Shown here: piece by piece, positions 48,458-62,434 of the stretch | Layout: every line of letters starts with the position of its first letter | Position numbering within the stretch: the first letter of the stretch is position 1 | DNA from: Glycera tridactyla | Lineage: Eukaryota | Reading direction: 5' to 3' | NCBI GenBank assembly: GCA_965644265.1 | Contig: OZ286459.1 | Location: 18,352,001-18,416,000, forward strand | DNA length: 64,000 nucleotides | Program-made: the position numbers and the translations under genes | The notes under the pieces: generated by a model | Told to the model about the DNA's origin: nothing | Seen by the model: only the letters and a program-made list of their open reading frames with translations | Databases searched by the model: none

Positions 48458-49457
48458 TACTGAAATTCGTGTTTTCTGATCTGCTATTAAGTACCCACAC
48501 CACATCATATCACCACTTCACTCATTGGAGTCTCCCTCAATGAGTCCGAAAGACCCAAGTGAATTATCAATTCAATTCAATTCGGAAACTTTTTATTTAT
48601 ACTCGTAACATTTGTACAAAAATCCGCAGTTAGCTCGCCGAGCTTTTTACGGCGGCCACAAGTTAGTGATAATCTTGACTAAAATGAGTTATTGGACATT
48701 AATATACCGATATCAGCACAGGCAAAGCTATACATGACATATTCACAATCACTACGAGTACATACCTAGACAATAGTCAATCAAACAATCTCCCTCAATG
48801 TGACCTGAAGTGCTACACATTGTCAATTTCCATGTCTTATCCGGTTGCTAGAACTGCGAATCTCTTGTAAGATTTCTATCAACATGTATTTTTTGTTTTT
48901 GTTTTGTTTTGTTTTGTAATCGCATTGCGCCATCAGCCTCCATGGCAGGTGAGTGACTAACATTAAAATATCTTCAAGAAGAATTTTACCAAAAGTCCGT
49001 CATGTCCAAACCGGACGGGTGATTTTTGGAGGATTTTCTTGCAAGTTTTCTCAAGCCACCAGTCTCTGACTCAGATCATCGTGAAATTGACCCCATCTGA
49101 GCGCTGTCATGAAAACAATGTTCGTATGAAATGAACTTCGTGGTATCTATATCTATTCTAATGTTTCGGAACAATTCTATCCATAGTAATGAACAATGAA
49201 AGCAATTCAGGCCACTGATCATCTCGTTTTGTCCTCTAATTCCATGATTAAGGCCGTTTGAGTTCCACTGACAGGATCACCAAATGAAATATGCATTAAT
49301 CTACTCAATCACCATGCATCCATGCTTTCGGTCTTATTCCTATTCTTTCATGCCAACAGATCAGCCGATAATATTGGCAGATTCACCGTATAAATGCGAT
49401 GGAATCGGATAGTATGCACGCCTTCGAAGATTCGCTTTGATTTTATTGCTTTTACAT

Positions 49458-49643
49458 GGCGAATCTGGTGACATTATCGGCTGATATCTGTGCAAGAGGC
49501 CATGGGATTATGAGATTCTGGCGAATCTGGTGACATTATCGGCTGATATCTGTGCATGCAGCCATGAGATTATGAGATTCTGGCGAATCTGGTGACATTA
49601 TCGGCTGATATCTGTGCATGCAGCCATGAGATTATGAGATTCT
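49458..49643. repeat. Tandem repeat, 3 x 62 bp
   Basis: ggcgaatctggtgacattatcggctgatatctgtgca....ccatg.gattatgagattct at 49458, 49520 and 49582. Confidence 0.92.
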
Positions 49644-49657
49644 AACTAACACAATTT

Positions 49658-49950
49658 CTCTCTCCCTCTCTCTCCTTCTCTCTCCCTCCCTCTCCCTCCA
49701 TCTCTCCCTCTGCCTCTCTTCCGCTCTCTCCCTCCTCCTCACTCTCTCTTTCTCTCTCTCCATCATACTCCCTCTCTCCGTTCCTCTCTCCCTCTGTCTC
49801 CCTCTCTCACCCCTTTTCTCTCCCTCTCCACCACTCTCCCCCTCCCATCTCCCTCTCCTTCTCCTTCTCCCTCTCCCTTTATCTCCCCCTCCCTCCCTCT
49901 CTCGCCCTCCCTCTTTCCCTCTGTCTCCCTCTCTCACCCCTTTTCTCTCT
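49658..49950. repeat. Degenerate (CT)n polypyrimidine tract next to an assembly gap
   Basis: Almost purely C/T for ~290 bp. Confidence 0.9.
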
Positions 49951-50174
49951 NNNNNNNNNNNNNNNNNNNNNNNNNNNNNNNNNNNNNNNNNNNNNNNNNN
50001 NNNNNNNNNNNNNNNNNNNNNNNNNNNNNNNNNNNNNNNNNNNNNNNNNNNNNNNNNNNNNNNNNNNNNNNNNNNNNNNNNNNNNNNNNNNGAAATGTCG
50101 AAAAGGTCACTTAATGAGCTCCATATCAACCAGAGTTTGCATAACGAGAACATTTGGTCTGGTTGAGGTTCAAT

Positions 50175-50610
50175 GACATATATCAACCCAGAGTATTGTG
50201 CATGTCGTGTGTGCCTATGTAATGAAAGCTATATATCCTGTCTCCTGCATGCATCACTCACACCCTGAACACAAGATGATGGGGAACCTGGAAGGTTGTC
50301 AAGTGGAACAAGCTGGAATTTCAGACACATGCCTACCTATCTGACATGACATGCTGGCCCTGAAGATGGCATTTCTGACTGAAATCTTGAGTCTAACACT
50401 CAAGGCTAACAGCGATGCTTTCCATTTTGAGCAAAGTTCAGTATCTGAAACAAGGAGAAGCATTAGGTTCGAAGAAACTCAACTAATGGGCTCAATTGTG
50501 AATTGTCAACTTCAAACCACCCTTACAATTATGGTTGCCCTACGCTCGCAGTATAATGCCATCCCACTTCCTAAATACCTTTTCGCATAGTGGCAATATC
50601 CGCTACATAT
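50175..50610 (+). repeat. Repeat family F1 copy
   Basis: Aligns by eye with the 5800 and 38130 copies. Confidence 0.75.
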
Positions 50611-51299
50611 ACGACACAAGGAATAAAAACGTGCCTATCACGTTTTAAGTTGACAGACATTACCTCCTGAATTGAGGTTCGGCAAGGCACAGACGTTCTT
50701 TAAAAAAAGGCGAATTGGGCTTTTGAAACTCTACATGGGAATGTGGCTCCAATGCGTCATTGTGAAAATGTGCTTTCTTTTTTGAAGTCAGGAATTTTAA
50801 TCACTTATATTTTCATTGAACAAGAATGAGGCATAATGATACAGTCAAACCTGTCCTAAGTATTCGGCCAAAGAAAGTCAAAAGTGCATGCTTAAAATAG
50901 GTGCATCCTTAGTCAAGGTGAATCAAAGTGTTAATACTTCAGTAGGGTGAGTCATTAAGTGGGTGAAAATTCAGATTCCGATATTTGCTTTTCATTTGTC
51001 TGAATGTTAGTCCAGTCGTGGCTTCGCGGTTCTGGTACCAGTCGACAGACTGTTTCAATCCATAAAGCCTAAAGCAATGAGTTCAATAGCCTATTAGTAG
51101 TAGGTCATAGATGTGCGAGTTCTGGTACCTAGTCATGATGGCGATTCTTTGGTCCTCGATATGTGGAAATGCCATTCTTTGCCACCACTTTGGATGATGG
51201 CATTACCTGAGCATGGAAGCTCTCTAGCACCATCGCCCAAATACAGTTAAAGAACACATCCCATGCCTGTTCACAAATACATCAAATGCTGTTCGAATG

Positions 51300-51610
51300 A
51301 CAGCGTTCACTGTGGACAGATCTGGTGTTAAGTCTGCTGATTTCTGGTGTTGAGTGCATTCGACATTGGTGGGGTGCTCAAGATGACACGGACCTGGTGT
51401 ATGGAGAGCACCGACATAGCTCATGCATTGCTTTAAAACCACAGCTGTATGAGCGACACCTAATTTGTTATTTGAACACACAATTAAATAGTGTATACCT
51501 TCTTACATACTTTCTATCATTCTGGTACACACAGAACTCTATAGGGGTTACTCAAGACATAATCAAGTGTGTACAGGCACAAAGACGTGATCATTGTGCT
51601 GAGGGATACC
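51300..51610 (+). repeat. Interspersed repeat with atctggtgtt motifs (second copy ~55100-55430, fragment ~60450)
   Basis: Shared atggagagca.c..catagctcatgca.tgct..aa.accacagctg and ggggttactcaag blocks. Confidence 0.6.
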
Positions 51611-52961
51611 CGAGAGCCATTTGAGGAAGAGAACAGATGTACCATGTCTTCTTCATACTGCATTCCCATGATGAATATTCCTATTACCTGTCATGCTGGA
51701 TACAGCGTCCGTCTACTTGTTCCTGCTTACCTGGAATTCCTGGATGTGATATCTTTGGCAGACACAAACCTTCTATTGAATTTAGATCACTACCACATCC
51801 ACAGAATATGTATTGAATGATGGTACTAGCCATTGGAAATCCATTCTGGCACCTTCCAAAACACCACAACCACTTATTCATTCATTTTTTCCATCTATCT
51901 ATCTGTTTATTCTTTTTTTTGTCTTTTAATCTATTTTCCCATCTATTCTTTCATTTATTCATTTATCCATTCATTTGTGTTATCTTTCGTCTATTTCTTT
52001 ACTTATAAGCACGAAACTTCACCGCACACCACACTTGTTTACCATTACATTCATGCTGGTGGGCTCGCATGTGCTATCCCGCCACCAGGGCCGGAGTTAT
52101 TTCAGGCACCATTTACTCACATGGGATCTAGTCTCCGATTAAAACCAAGGCCAAACAGTTTTGACACAATTCTAAGTGCGGGCACCTACTTTAGCTGGTC
52201 AAAGGATATTGGTGAGTCTATGACAAAAATGATCTCAAACTTTGGTTACGCACTCCCCGGAGATCTAGCTCCTTGCTATGATGACTTACATTTGAACTTT
52301 TCTCTGGATTGAATTCGTCTCTAATCGAAGCAGATTCCTGGAGGCCCGAAGTGAGATTCGACATGTCACTAGATGGGGGTACTGTTCATGTGGCCTCGTC
52401 TCAATATAATCAAATTTCTACTAGGGATGAGGCAATAAGAAGGCCCAGTGAAGGTTGAATATAGTGGAGAATAATGTGGGTCGTATTCACGGAAGGTTTG
52501 GTGTCGGGCGAATTCTTGACAAGTACGGTCTGCCTCACAGAGCGCCAGTTAGTGCATCAATTGTTTCAGTCTCCGAAATCTATTGGGAAAATATTTGACA
52601 TATACTAATGAGAGGAAAATACTTGTGTGGTTTATGTTAGCATACAAATCCTTCTATGCTATACTTGGGTTACATGATCACAAGCTCTCGAAACATTATT
52701 TTCTATCAGCGTATGTGCCAACTTCATTTGACTTCAATAGGTCAAGCCCTGTCATTGGAAGTATTATTCAGAGCCTAGAAAAGAGGTAATATTGTTCATA
52801 AGCAAGCATGACGCAATGTAGTCTTCAAATTCAAATTCAAATTCAAACATACTTCATTCAAATTCGTATCACCTATATACACATATACAACCGCATTTGG
52901 CCCATGAAACCCTTTCTGGCGACAACGAGTTAGTATTATTGGACACACAAAATTTGCACTA

Positions 52962-53105
52962 CAGTCAAACCTCCTCTGAAGACCACCTCTCTATAGAGGC
53001 CACCCTGAGCTGCAACCGTGGTAGTATTTTCAACAGTAGATGACCTCTCTACAAAGACCACTTTCTGGTGCGGCCGAATGCGGTCTTTATAGAGAGATTC
53101 GACTG
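52962..53105. mobile_element. MITE, CAGT-type subfamily 2
   Basis: ta|cagtcaaacctcctctgaagacc ... ggtctttatagagagattcgactg|ta. Confidence 0.75.
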
Positions 53106-56100
53106 TATTTACACCTCTTCGTCTCCATTTACCGTGATTGAATCTAATCTCTGAACGTCAGCCTAACTTCCAACAATCAAATAGTCCATATATGATAATG
53201 TGCCATTTTTCGGCTCTGGACGCTCACGACGCCCACATTTTTCTCATCCTTAGAATTGTCATAGGGCATCATTATCCTATAATGTAGCGTACCATAGCGC
53301 CATATATAATAAAGTGCTATTTCCTGGCTCTGGACGTTCACGACGTCCGTGAGTTTGCCATCGCAGAAATGTACGGTGCCAATAGTGTCGACCACGGCAT
53401 GGGCGTCGTGAGCGTCCAGAGCCCAAATATAGCACATCAACATAGCTCCACAGTCTCATCATTTGTTCCTGTTTCTCAGCTTTCTATCGCGATATTGCAG
53501 CTTTCACCAGCTGGCTGCCATTCTTCAGCACTAGTTTTCTGTATATCTCGATGAGCGGATGGACAGATGTGTATTATCAATTGTTCGTGTATATATCTAG
53601 GTAGTTCGGGACTACGAATTGTCTTGTCATACAGATTCCTGCAAATTACCTCCAGAATCTTTTTCCACTCAGTGAAAGGCACCAAAGCAACCGCCACCAC
53701 GAGTATAAACATGAGATGAGGGAGATCTGCATCAACTGAACTATCAGTGAGATCACAAACTAGTGGTGTATGGAATATTTTGTCTCATTCACAACCAGGA
53801 ATGTTAGTTAACATTAAAGGAATATGACGTATTTTTCTGGAATGTGAGCTCAGCCGTAATTATGGAGTGATGACCGACAACTCATTCCGGTATCCAGTGT
53901 AGGGAAATTATGTAATTGCCATGCATACTTTCTCGCAGTTTAGGTGCTTTATGGCCCAGACTTCATGGCGTTCACGCACATTGGTGGACCGACTGCTAGC
54001 CATCAATCATCATAGGTGGGGCACTAATGGAATTGGATGACAATACTGATTATAGGCTATGATGACTACAACTACTACAACAGTCGCTGGCACCGCTTGG
54101 CCTGCTGTTGTTCCTGCTGGTGTTGTAGCTGTTGCTGGCNNNNNNNNNNNNNNNNNNNNNNNNNNNNNNNNNNNNNNNNNNNNNNNNNNNNNNNNNNNNN
54201 NNNNNNNNNNNNNNNNNNNNNNNNNNNNNNNNNNNNNNNNNNNNNNNNNNNNNNNNNNNNNNNNNNNNNNNACTTGGGCAACANNNNNNNNNNNNNNNNN
54301 NNNNNNNNNNNNNNNNNNNNNNNNNNNNNNNNNNNNNNNNNNNNNNNNNNNNNNNNNNNNNNNNNNNNNNNNNNNNNNNNNNNNNNNNNNNNNNNNNNNN
54401 NNNNNNNNNNNNNNNNNNNNNNNNNNNNNNNNNTGTACTTTTTTATGTATTGACACAGTTTATATGTAATGCCGAAATAGTAATTCAGAGAATTCCAACA
54501 CACAAGAATATTTCTGGTCTTTCATATTTTCCCTGTCTATAATACCAGTGCATGCCGACCGGGGTATCACAAGTCACAGTGTATGGCAGTCTGTTCCTGT
54601 ATGCACTTAAAACACCGCTGTGTTTCAGCATATCCAGTCTTTCAGTCTTATATAACCCACATGGGCGGAAGGACGTTAAATCAATCAAACAAAAAAAGAA
54701 ACAATATCTGTCTACTACCCGCCCTACTTTTGTATGACTGAAGATGCCTCTTTTTCAACCATTGCTAAATTTGCGATTACGAAATGTGGCATACATTGAG
54801 TTGGAAAGAGCGTTCCCATTTCCACTAGCACTCAAATGTTTGTTTTGGCAGATAAATGTAGATCCGGCCAGCAAGCAATGCTATCTATTGTAACAGCTAC
54901 GGCCCATATGCATTTTACGAGCTAGTACGAACCTTATGCTATCAAAACCCATTGTCAGAACAGACTCCGTCTTATATGAGTAGTTTTTAATACGTTGAAG
55001 TATTGATTATTATCCTGCTTTCAGGATATGTTTGAAGTGCCGGGAAGTCCGAGTTATACATTCTGATGTTCGATGAGTGTCTGCCAGAATTATATAGCAG
55101 TGAGAACCGATCTGGTGTTGAGTCTGTTGATTCCTGGTGTTAAGGGCGCCTAACACATGACACTTTCCTGGAGCATGGAGAGCATCACCATAGCTCATGC
55201 ACTGCTCCAACACCACAGCTGCAAGAACAACACCAGATTCGGTGGTGGGGCACACAAATATATCATTCTATTATACAAAAAGAGTCACTAGTTAAACAGT
55301 GAGGCAAATGCAATCAATAATTAGTCTATGCCTTCTCACATACTCATACACATAGCTCATGATTCCTACTCATCGGTACATGCAGGGGTTACTCAAGTGT
55401 GCACCATCATATAGAGGTGACCTCTGTGCTAGAGAAAACTTATAGCCCCTATCATGCCTTAATACTGGAGCAGAGAACATATCTAGCATATTCACTTCAT
55501 GCTCCAATCTTATGCCAGATATTTATCAAACTTATTATTAGTACATGTTGGATACGGCATCTGTATGCTTTCTCTATGATTAATCAATCAATTTATTCAT
55601 TCATTCATTTGTTTATTCGTTTATTTATCTATTTATTTATTCATTTATTTATCCATTTGTTCACCCACTTATTTCAACATTCATTCATTCATTCATCCAT
55701 TATTCATCATATGCCAAATACTGATTCATTATTCTCACCTATTCCTTTTTGCTATTCATTCATCCCTTTCATCATACATAAAGGATATTTATTGATCTAT
55801 CTATATTGAACAACATGCTTGATTTTCCAACTTCCTGTTCCAGGTGTCCAATTGACACCAACCTGGAAGTGCTAATCACACTTAACCAGGTAATGGCGTT
55901 ACACCAAGAAAAGGTGTTGTGGGATGTCTAGGCACTTCACCCTACACCGGATCCAGTGTTACAACAAACGGATAGCCAGTGTCTCCTTAACACCAGGCAT
56001 GAAGTGTTATCCCCACATCAGGCCTGGAGTAAATCTGGGCACCAGTTACCAACACCGAGTCTAATGTCTGATTTCATTTACATTGAGGACTGGCCTGACT

Positions 56101-57098
56101 CATTTGGCAGTGGGAAGTATAGGTAGGCACATGAGTATGCCTCGCAATGCCTGGTCCCTGCAATTCCATATTTGCTGCGCCAGTAGCTACCAAGAACGCC
56201 ATGGCGCATTTTGGAGAATTTGTTCAATCAGCTTTCTCACCCACCTGTATTTCCCACACATGAGACTATAGGCGATGTTGAATACAATGCTGCTCTCTTC
56301 TTTCACTGACAATTTTGGTCGACTGCGCCTCCAGAAGAAATGGGTTGTGCCATGTGGAGGCATACTACCACTAGTGTTTGCAATCATACATACCTGACAG
56401 CAGCTATTTCCACCCATTTCAAGTATGCACAGGAAAATTGGCAATACATGATTTATCTGTGTTGAACCAATGAAAAAGGATGTATATTGAATAGAATGAA
56501 TCAATTTCCACCTAATGGCCCCAATCATGCAAAAACCAGGGGACTATTTTATATGACTAAGTGAAAAAACCGCATTGTTTAGTAATCAGCTGCAAAAATG
56601 AGATGATCAGTGGATTGAATCATTTTAATTGCCCAGTCGCACAATTTGCCTTATGGGTGGTATTGTTTTGATGATCACTCTGGACATAAATACCAAAATT
56701 ATCGTTCCATATTAATCAAATGTTCATGACTGCGCTCTGAAGGTGGCAGTTTCCAAAGGGTTTTTACGACGATGGCATAAGATAAATTTGCAAGCAGATT
56801 CTCAAAAAGTGCTTCACCCTCCATGCCAAGACATCTGAAACGTGTCCTGATCAAACCCGATGAATATCCGCTGAAAAAGGATAGTGGAGTCCAACAGCCA
56901 AATCCATGTAATTTGATTTCTCTCCCGAAAGCAGGGCATAAGCAAACAGTGACATGAACCAGTAAATCCTGACTAAATCAGGTCTACTCGTACTATGCAG
57001 GACAGATATGTCTGAGTTTTGCGACAGTTGCTAGCGCGTGGGGGTCAAGGGTGAATTAATACCATAACATCTCATGAGTATCACCATAGTTGTCTTAA

Positions 57099-58124
57099 AG
57101 GGCCCGGGACACACTTTGACGATGCTGAGATCTGTTTCGGGACATGTAGGGAGGTCCTGAAGAAGCACCTTCATACATATGCCACTGGTATATATGATCG
57201 TTAAGTGTGAGGAAAGCCCATTTAAAATTCCCGCCGCTTTTCGAGAGGGCTCGCCATCTTGTGACGTCACTTGGGGATCCATGGAGCGGCGAGAAAATGC
57301 ATGGAAAAGATATGAAATGACCATGAAATGGTGTACGAGAAAAATCGTCACGGCTTTGATATTCGGATATCATTCACCATACTCGATATACTTACGTAAA
57401 ACTTCTTGATAAAGATATATATCGCATCGGATTTGCTCTAGGACACGTATTTACGAAACAGGATGAGTTTGAAGACGAAATTCACAACGAAAAATGATTC
57501 CATCGAATGACTAGCCAATGGCAGCGCTGCAGAGGAGGAGAATGCTCACGCGCGCATGTCTCGAAGGTGATCCTACAAGGCAACATGGCCGCTACTATGG
57601 CCGGCGGCGCTGTTGACAGTCATCTTCATGCTGAATTAAACATCAAAATGAAGTATATACCTATCAATCGGTATGCAGGAGGCAACAAACCTGCCAGCTT
57701 TATCACCACACTGAGTCATATAGCGAATATTGGCAGGTAAATCGTGTATTTCTCAGCGCGAAGGTGCGGCAGTCACCTGTCAAACTGACGTTGACACTCG
57801 CACATTTTCGAATGAAAGTTTGCTATTCACCATCCATTTATGATGAAACTACTTAACTTTTCGATAATACAAGATAGCGTGCGTGTTCGTCATATAGATT
57901 TGCATTCATCAGCGAGGTTCAGGGTCATAAATCCCATTATTCGTGACACGGCGATTTTTTTTCGTACACAGTGTCTATGTTGCGAAAATGGCCGGTTTGG
58001 GCTATAAATCGCCAGATTTCTCATTAAATCCTTCATATTTGTCGTGTTTGACACACATCATGTTCGAAGATATTATATCACCTATCGATTTCCGAAAAGC
58101 TCCCCTGAGGGTGTCCCAGACCCT
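57099..58124. mobile_element. Non-autonomous Kolobok-type DNA transposon
   Basis: ttaa|agggcccgggacac ... gtgtcccagaccct|ttaa: TTAA flanks with purine (AG) termini, which fits Kolobok rather than piggyBac (CC termini). Confidence 0.7.
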
Positions 58125-58437
58125 TTAATCTTGCTTCCTTTACTTTGGACATTGTCCATGTTGTGGATGCTTTCTTGTTGATGTCGTTGTTGTTGTTGTT
58201 GTTGTGATATCGAGGCTTGCGGCTTCATGACATGGTTTATGTTTTTGTTTTTGTATGAATTGGATCAAATGTCTCCGTTCTCATTATTGATACAAATCAT
58301 TGCTTTGGCATGGTATGTAATGGAGTCACTTCAAAGCTTCATTAATTACTCCTTTTTTTTTTAACTTCCCAGTGCAATTGTCTATCCCATCTGTCATGCA
58401 TGACAGATCCGTAGAAGTATAGTGTTTTTGTTGGATA

Positions 58438-60172
58438 TTTGAATTTTTTTTTTTTGAATTGAAACACTTTATTCACGAAAAGCTTGGACCGAGGTCGCAT
58501 TACAAGCAATAGTGGTATGAATACATATATACACACAACAAAGATACAAACATTTAGAGGGACACAGGAGACAACAGAGTAGCACGAGAATACTAGTATG
58601 TACAGGTACTGATATTTACAAGTAGCTGGGTTGCTGGTGGGGCCTAGAATAGTCTTCGGTATACGTCAGCTGTGAGTCAATAGGTAGTTGTTGGAAAATA
58701 TTTGTGGTATATGACCTAGTACTTGAATGAGACGGTTGAGGTGATAAACCTGGTGTATATAGAGACCTTGATGCCGATTGATCAGTATCATGGTACACTA
58801 TAGTCGAATATATTGTTGCGTATATTTGTTTGAGATTTTGGAGGTCCTTGCTCTGATTATCCAGTACATGTTGCCTTATTGCCAATACCCATGATTCCCT
58901 TTTTTATGTACAGACAAGTAGTACGAGTATGCACCGAATGGAACTTCATAATAAATAAGTGGTTCAGCAGGTACCAGAGCCTGACTGTCACATGCAACAT
59001 GTGACATGGTGTACTTTAAGGACAAAAATCATGTTTGACCATAGGTTTTGATTGCTTTAAGCTGAACAATAGCTCATATGATTGCAATACATTCAGATAT
59101 GTTACACGCTAAAAAGAGCCTTACATCTCCTCTTCATGATCTCATATGAGTTGCTATTTCTCACATGTAGAGACAGTGAGTTCCACAGTTTTATGCCCCT
59201 AGCTATGACACTTCCGAATGCAAATTGGGTACGTAATCGCGGTACCTGAAGGTCATTATTGACAGTTTGCCTTGTTGTCCGGCATGACACCTCCGATCTA
59301 CATAGAAGACTGGCGGGATGTCGATCATTGAGTGGTTCCTTAATCATTTTGTACATTTCACAGGCTAATTGCCTGTTCCGATATTTGTCCAGAAATGGAA
59401 CCTTCAGGGCAACGTGGCATTCTGTCGCAGAGTAGCACCCCGGGTTGTTCCACACAACCCTTAAAGATCTATTTTGGGCCATTTGAAGGCGATGTGCTGA
59501 GCGAAGATTCATACTACCATAGACATGCCCATTGAAACTCAGAAGTGACTGAATCAATGAATGGAATAGGAATAACGCTCGCTGAGTACTGATATACGGC
59601 CTAATGTGAGCCAAGGCAGATTTACGGATGTTTACCTTTTTGATCAAATAGTTGGCATGTGCTTCAAAAGTAAGATTGCTATCAAGCATGATTCCTAAGT
59701 ATTTGTATGTGTCAACACGCTGAATGGAATGTGAGTCATATTGTAAAGAGGTCATGCTGATTCCCCGGGATTGCGGTCGAGTTCCGAAAATCATGATAGA
59801 AGACTTGTCTAAGTTCAGAGATAATTTCATGTAACTGAACCAATGGCACAACAAACTTAGATCATCTTCTAGTTTCTGGACCAGATCTGCCTCATTTCTA
59901 GCAATAGCACAGATTGCCGTGTCGTCAGCATATAGATATGGGACACAATGTTGGATTACCCTAGGAAGTTCGTTCACATAGATGGCAAAGAGCAGTGGCC
60001 CCAGGATCGAACCCTGGGGCACACCACATGTTACTTCACGATTTGACGAAAGCACATTGTCAAATTTGACACATTGTTGGCGTTTATATAGGTACGACCT
60101 GAACCACCCTATGGTACCATATCTGAAGCCGATTTCTGACAACCTCTCAAGTAGTCGTCCATGGTCGACGGG
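58438..60172 (-). mobile_element. 5'-truncated L2/CR1-group LINE
   Basis: Open frame from VDH (~60169) through GVPQGSILGPLLF, LYADDT and KYLGIMLD to stop at 59102; ~660-bp 3' UTR ending gcgacctcggtc...AATAAAgtgtttcaattcaaaaaaaaaaaattc. Confidence 0.9.
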
Positions 60173-60179
60173 TAGTCTT

Positions 60180-60332
60180 CCGGTGGTGGCGGTGATGTTG
60201 GTGACGACGGTGATAGTGGACAAGTAGTAGTAGTAGTAGTAGTAGTATTGGTAGTTGTAGTGGTTGTTGCTGTTGCTATTGTTCTTGTCGTTAATTGTTG
60301 TTGTTGTTGTTATTGTTGTTCCTGTTGTTGTT
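60180..60332. repeat. Compound (GGT/GTA/GTT)n microsatellite
   Basis: Runs of gtagtagta and gttgttgtt. Confidence 0.85.
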
Positions 60333-62294
60333 ATCGCATGACTATCATGAAGTGATTACTGAGTGTTTTTCCATTTTTCATCACAAATAACGGCTGCTAT
60401 TTCAATAAAATGTGTTTTCATAGTGTAATATTGTACACTCTAAACCAATCTGGTGTTAGGGGACGAGTATCTGGTGTTGATACATGACAGCTGGTTCTTG
60501 ATTGGTTCTGGATCAACGCAACGCCAGCGCCATATGTGTTATATTGTGACCATCATACAATGGGCATGGGTGGAATCATTCAAGACTTCTCCCCCCCCCC
60601 CCTTCTTGGTCCCCAACGGAGGATGAATATTCATGAATTTAACCAAAGACCCTATAACGATAAGACGTGTCACTAAGGCGATTTTGCGTATCTAGGTCAT
60701 GCCTCTCCTCCCCCAGCCGGCCTGTGCAAACTACCCCAGCCTGTACAGACTACCCCGGGTGATGAGTAGCCACCATAGGAACTGGCCATGGGAATGAATG
60801 GTGCTGTACAATAAATTGTAAAGATGGGTACTAAATATCCAACTTCTCTTTTTTTCTGGTCTATCAGAGGTGGAGAATTGTTAGTGACATATTTTGACAT
60901 GACTGCTTGCAAGATGGATTGAGGTGATATGAACATTTCTATGGAGTATTTCCATGCTGCAGTCTGCTAGCCATATGTTCTTCATGGCAGCATCAGCTGA
61001 TCAGTACAGTAGCATCTCTCTCTTCTCTTTTTCTCTATTTCTCACTCATTCACTAACTCACTCACTAACTGTTTCCTTTTTGTCTGACATTCTGTACATT
61101 ATTGCATCCAAATTACACCATACGAGTACAGTGAAACCTGGAATGAGAGACTGTCTTGGATGTCATGGAAAAGAGGTCTCTAAAATAGAAGTGGTCTGTG
61201 CTCACAGGTATATTCAACTAGAAAAGGGATGAGGTGACTCCCCCACCCCACCCCCCCCCCCCACCCCACCCTCCTCCTCCTCCGGGTACCCTATAGGCAG
61301 AAAAACAGTTTAGCAAATAATTTTAGCAAAATGGAAATAATCTTAGCAATTCAGAAAGCACTATGTTGGAATCAGGAGGCATTTCATTGAATAAGTTAAT
61401 CAAAATGGAAAATTATTGACATTCTTATGCCAAATCAATTTCCATGGCATTTCTTCCGTGAAAACAAATGAAATTGATGGAAAATTCTTTCACAATAAAC
61501 CCCCACCATCACCTTTCTGCCANNNNNNNNNNNNNNNNNNNNNNNNNNNNNNNNNNNNNNNNNNNNNNNNNNNNNNNNNNNNNNNNNNNNNNNNNNNNNN
61601 NNNNNNNNNNNNNNNNNNNNNNNNNNNNNNNNNNNNNNNNNNNNNNNNNNNNNNNNNNNNNNNNNNNNNNNNNNNNNTTCCGACTATGTGTGTGACTGTA
61701 TGTGTGTATGTCAAACCCAATATGAAACCCAAAATTGGGCTTGGGCATTTGACACATTTCATGGACCTGTTGCCTGTGCATCATGTCATTGACATGANNN
61801 NNNNNNNNNNNNNNNNNNNNNNNNNNNNNNNNNNNNNNNNNNNNNNNNNNNNNNNNNNNNNNNNNNNNNNNNNNNNNNNNNNNNNNNNNNNNNNNNNNNN
61901 NNNNNNNNNNNNNNNNNNNNNNNNNNGATCAAAACAGAATCCCTCAGTGATGCTGCCACTCCTATATATATTGCTGGTGGGGTATGGCTAGCTGGGGTGT
62001 TTGTACAAGCCCACCGCTTGGTGCGCTGCTGCTGCCGCGCATACTATGGGAGTCAATGGGAGTGAGACGTCTTATCATTATAGCGTCTTTGATTTAACAG
62101 ACACCACATGTGAGACAGCGCTATTTTATGCTGCCATGGACTTGATGATATTATCCGGTTCGCTAAGACCTGAGAGGTCTCCTGACTGAAGTGTTCTGGA
62201 TCAACGTCACGCCAGCGTTATTTGTGCTATATTGTGACGCTCATTCAATGGGCATCACAGACACCACATGTGACATTGCATTACTTGTTTGCAG

Positions 62295-62434
62295 CGTCCG
62301 GAGCGCATTCGATGGCCCTGTATCGAGACCTCTTCGACCCTGCTAACTACAATCCCAAACTCCGCCCAGTGATCAACCATCATGATCCACTTGTCATTCA
62401 TGTCAAGTTCGAGCTTCATCAAATACAGTGGCTG
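62295..62434 (+). CDS. nAChR-like Cys-loop ligand-gated ion channel subunit, exon 2
   Basis: Acceptor cttgtttgcag|; (A)SGAHSMALYRDLFDPANYNPKLRPVINHHDPLVIHVKFELHQIQWL matches the N-terminal L...L...Y....RPV......V...L.QI pattern; donor CTG|GTGAGT. Phase 1 start, phase 0 end and 140-nt length match my recollection of alpha7-type exon 2. Confidence 0.85.

Noticed and set aside
61950-62075. Alternative signal-peptide exon close to nAChR exon 2
   Set aside because: ATG-initiated hydrophobic frames end in phase 0 or 2, or hit stops; the only phase-1 option gives a 5-residue peptide.
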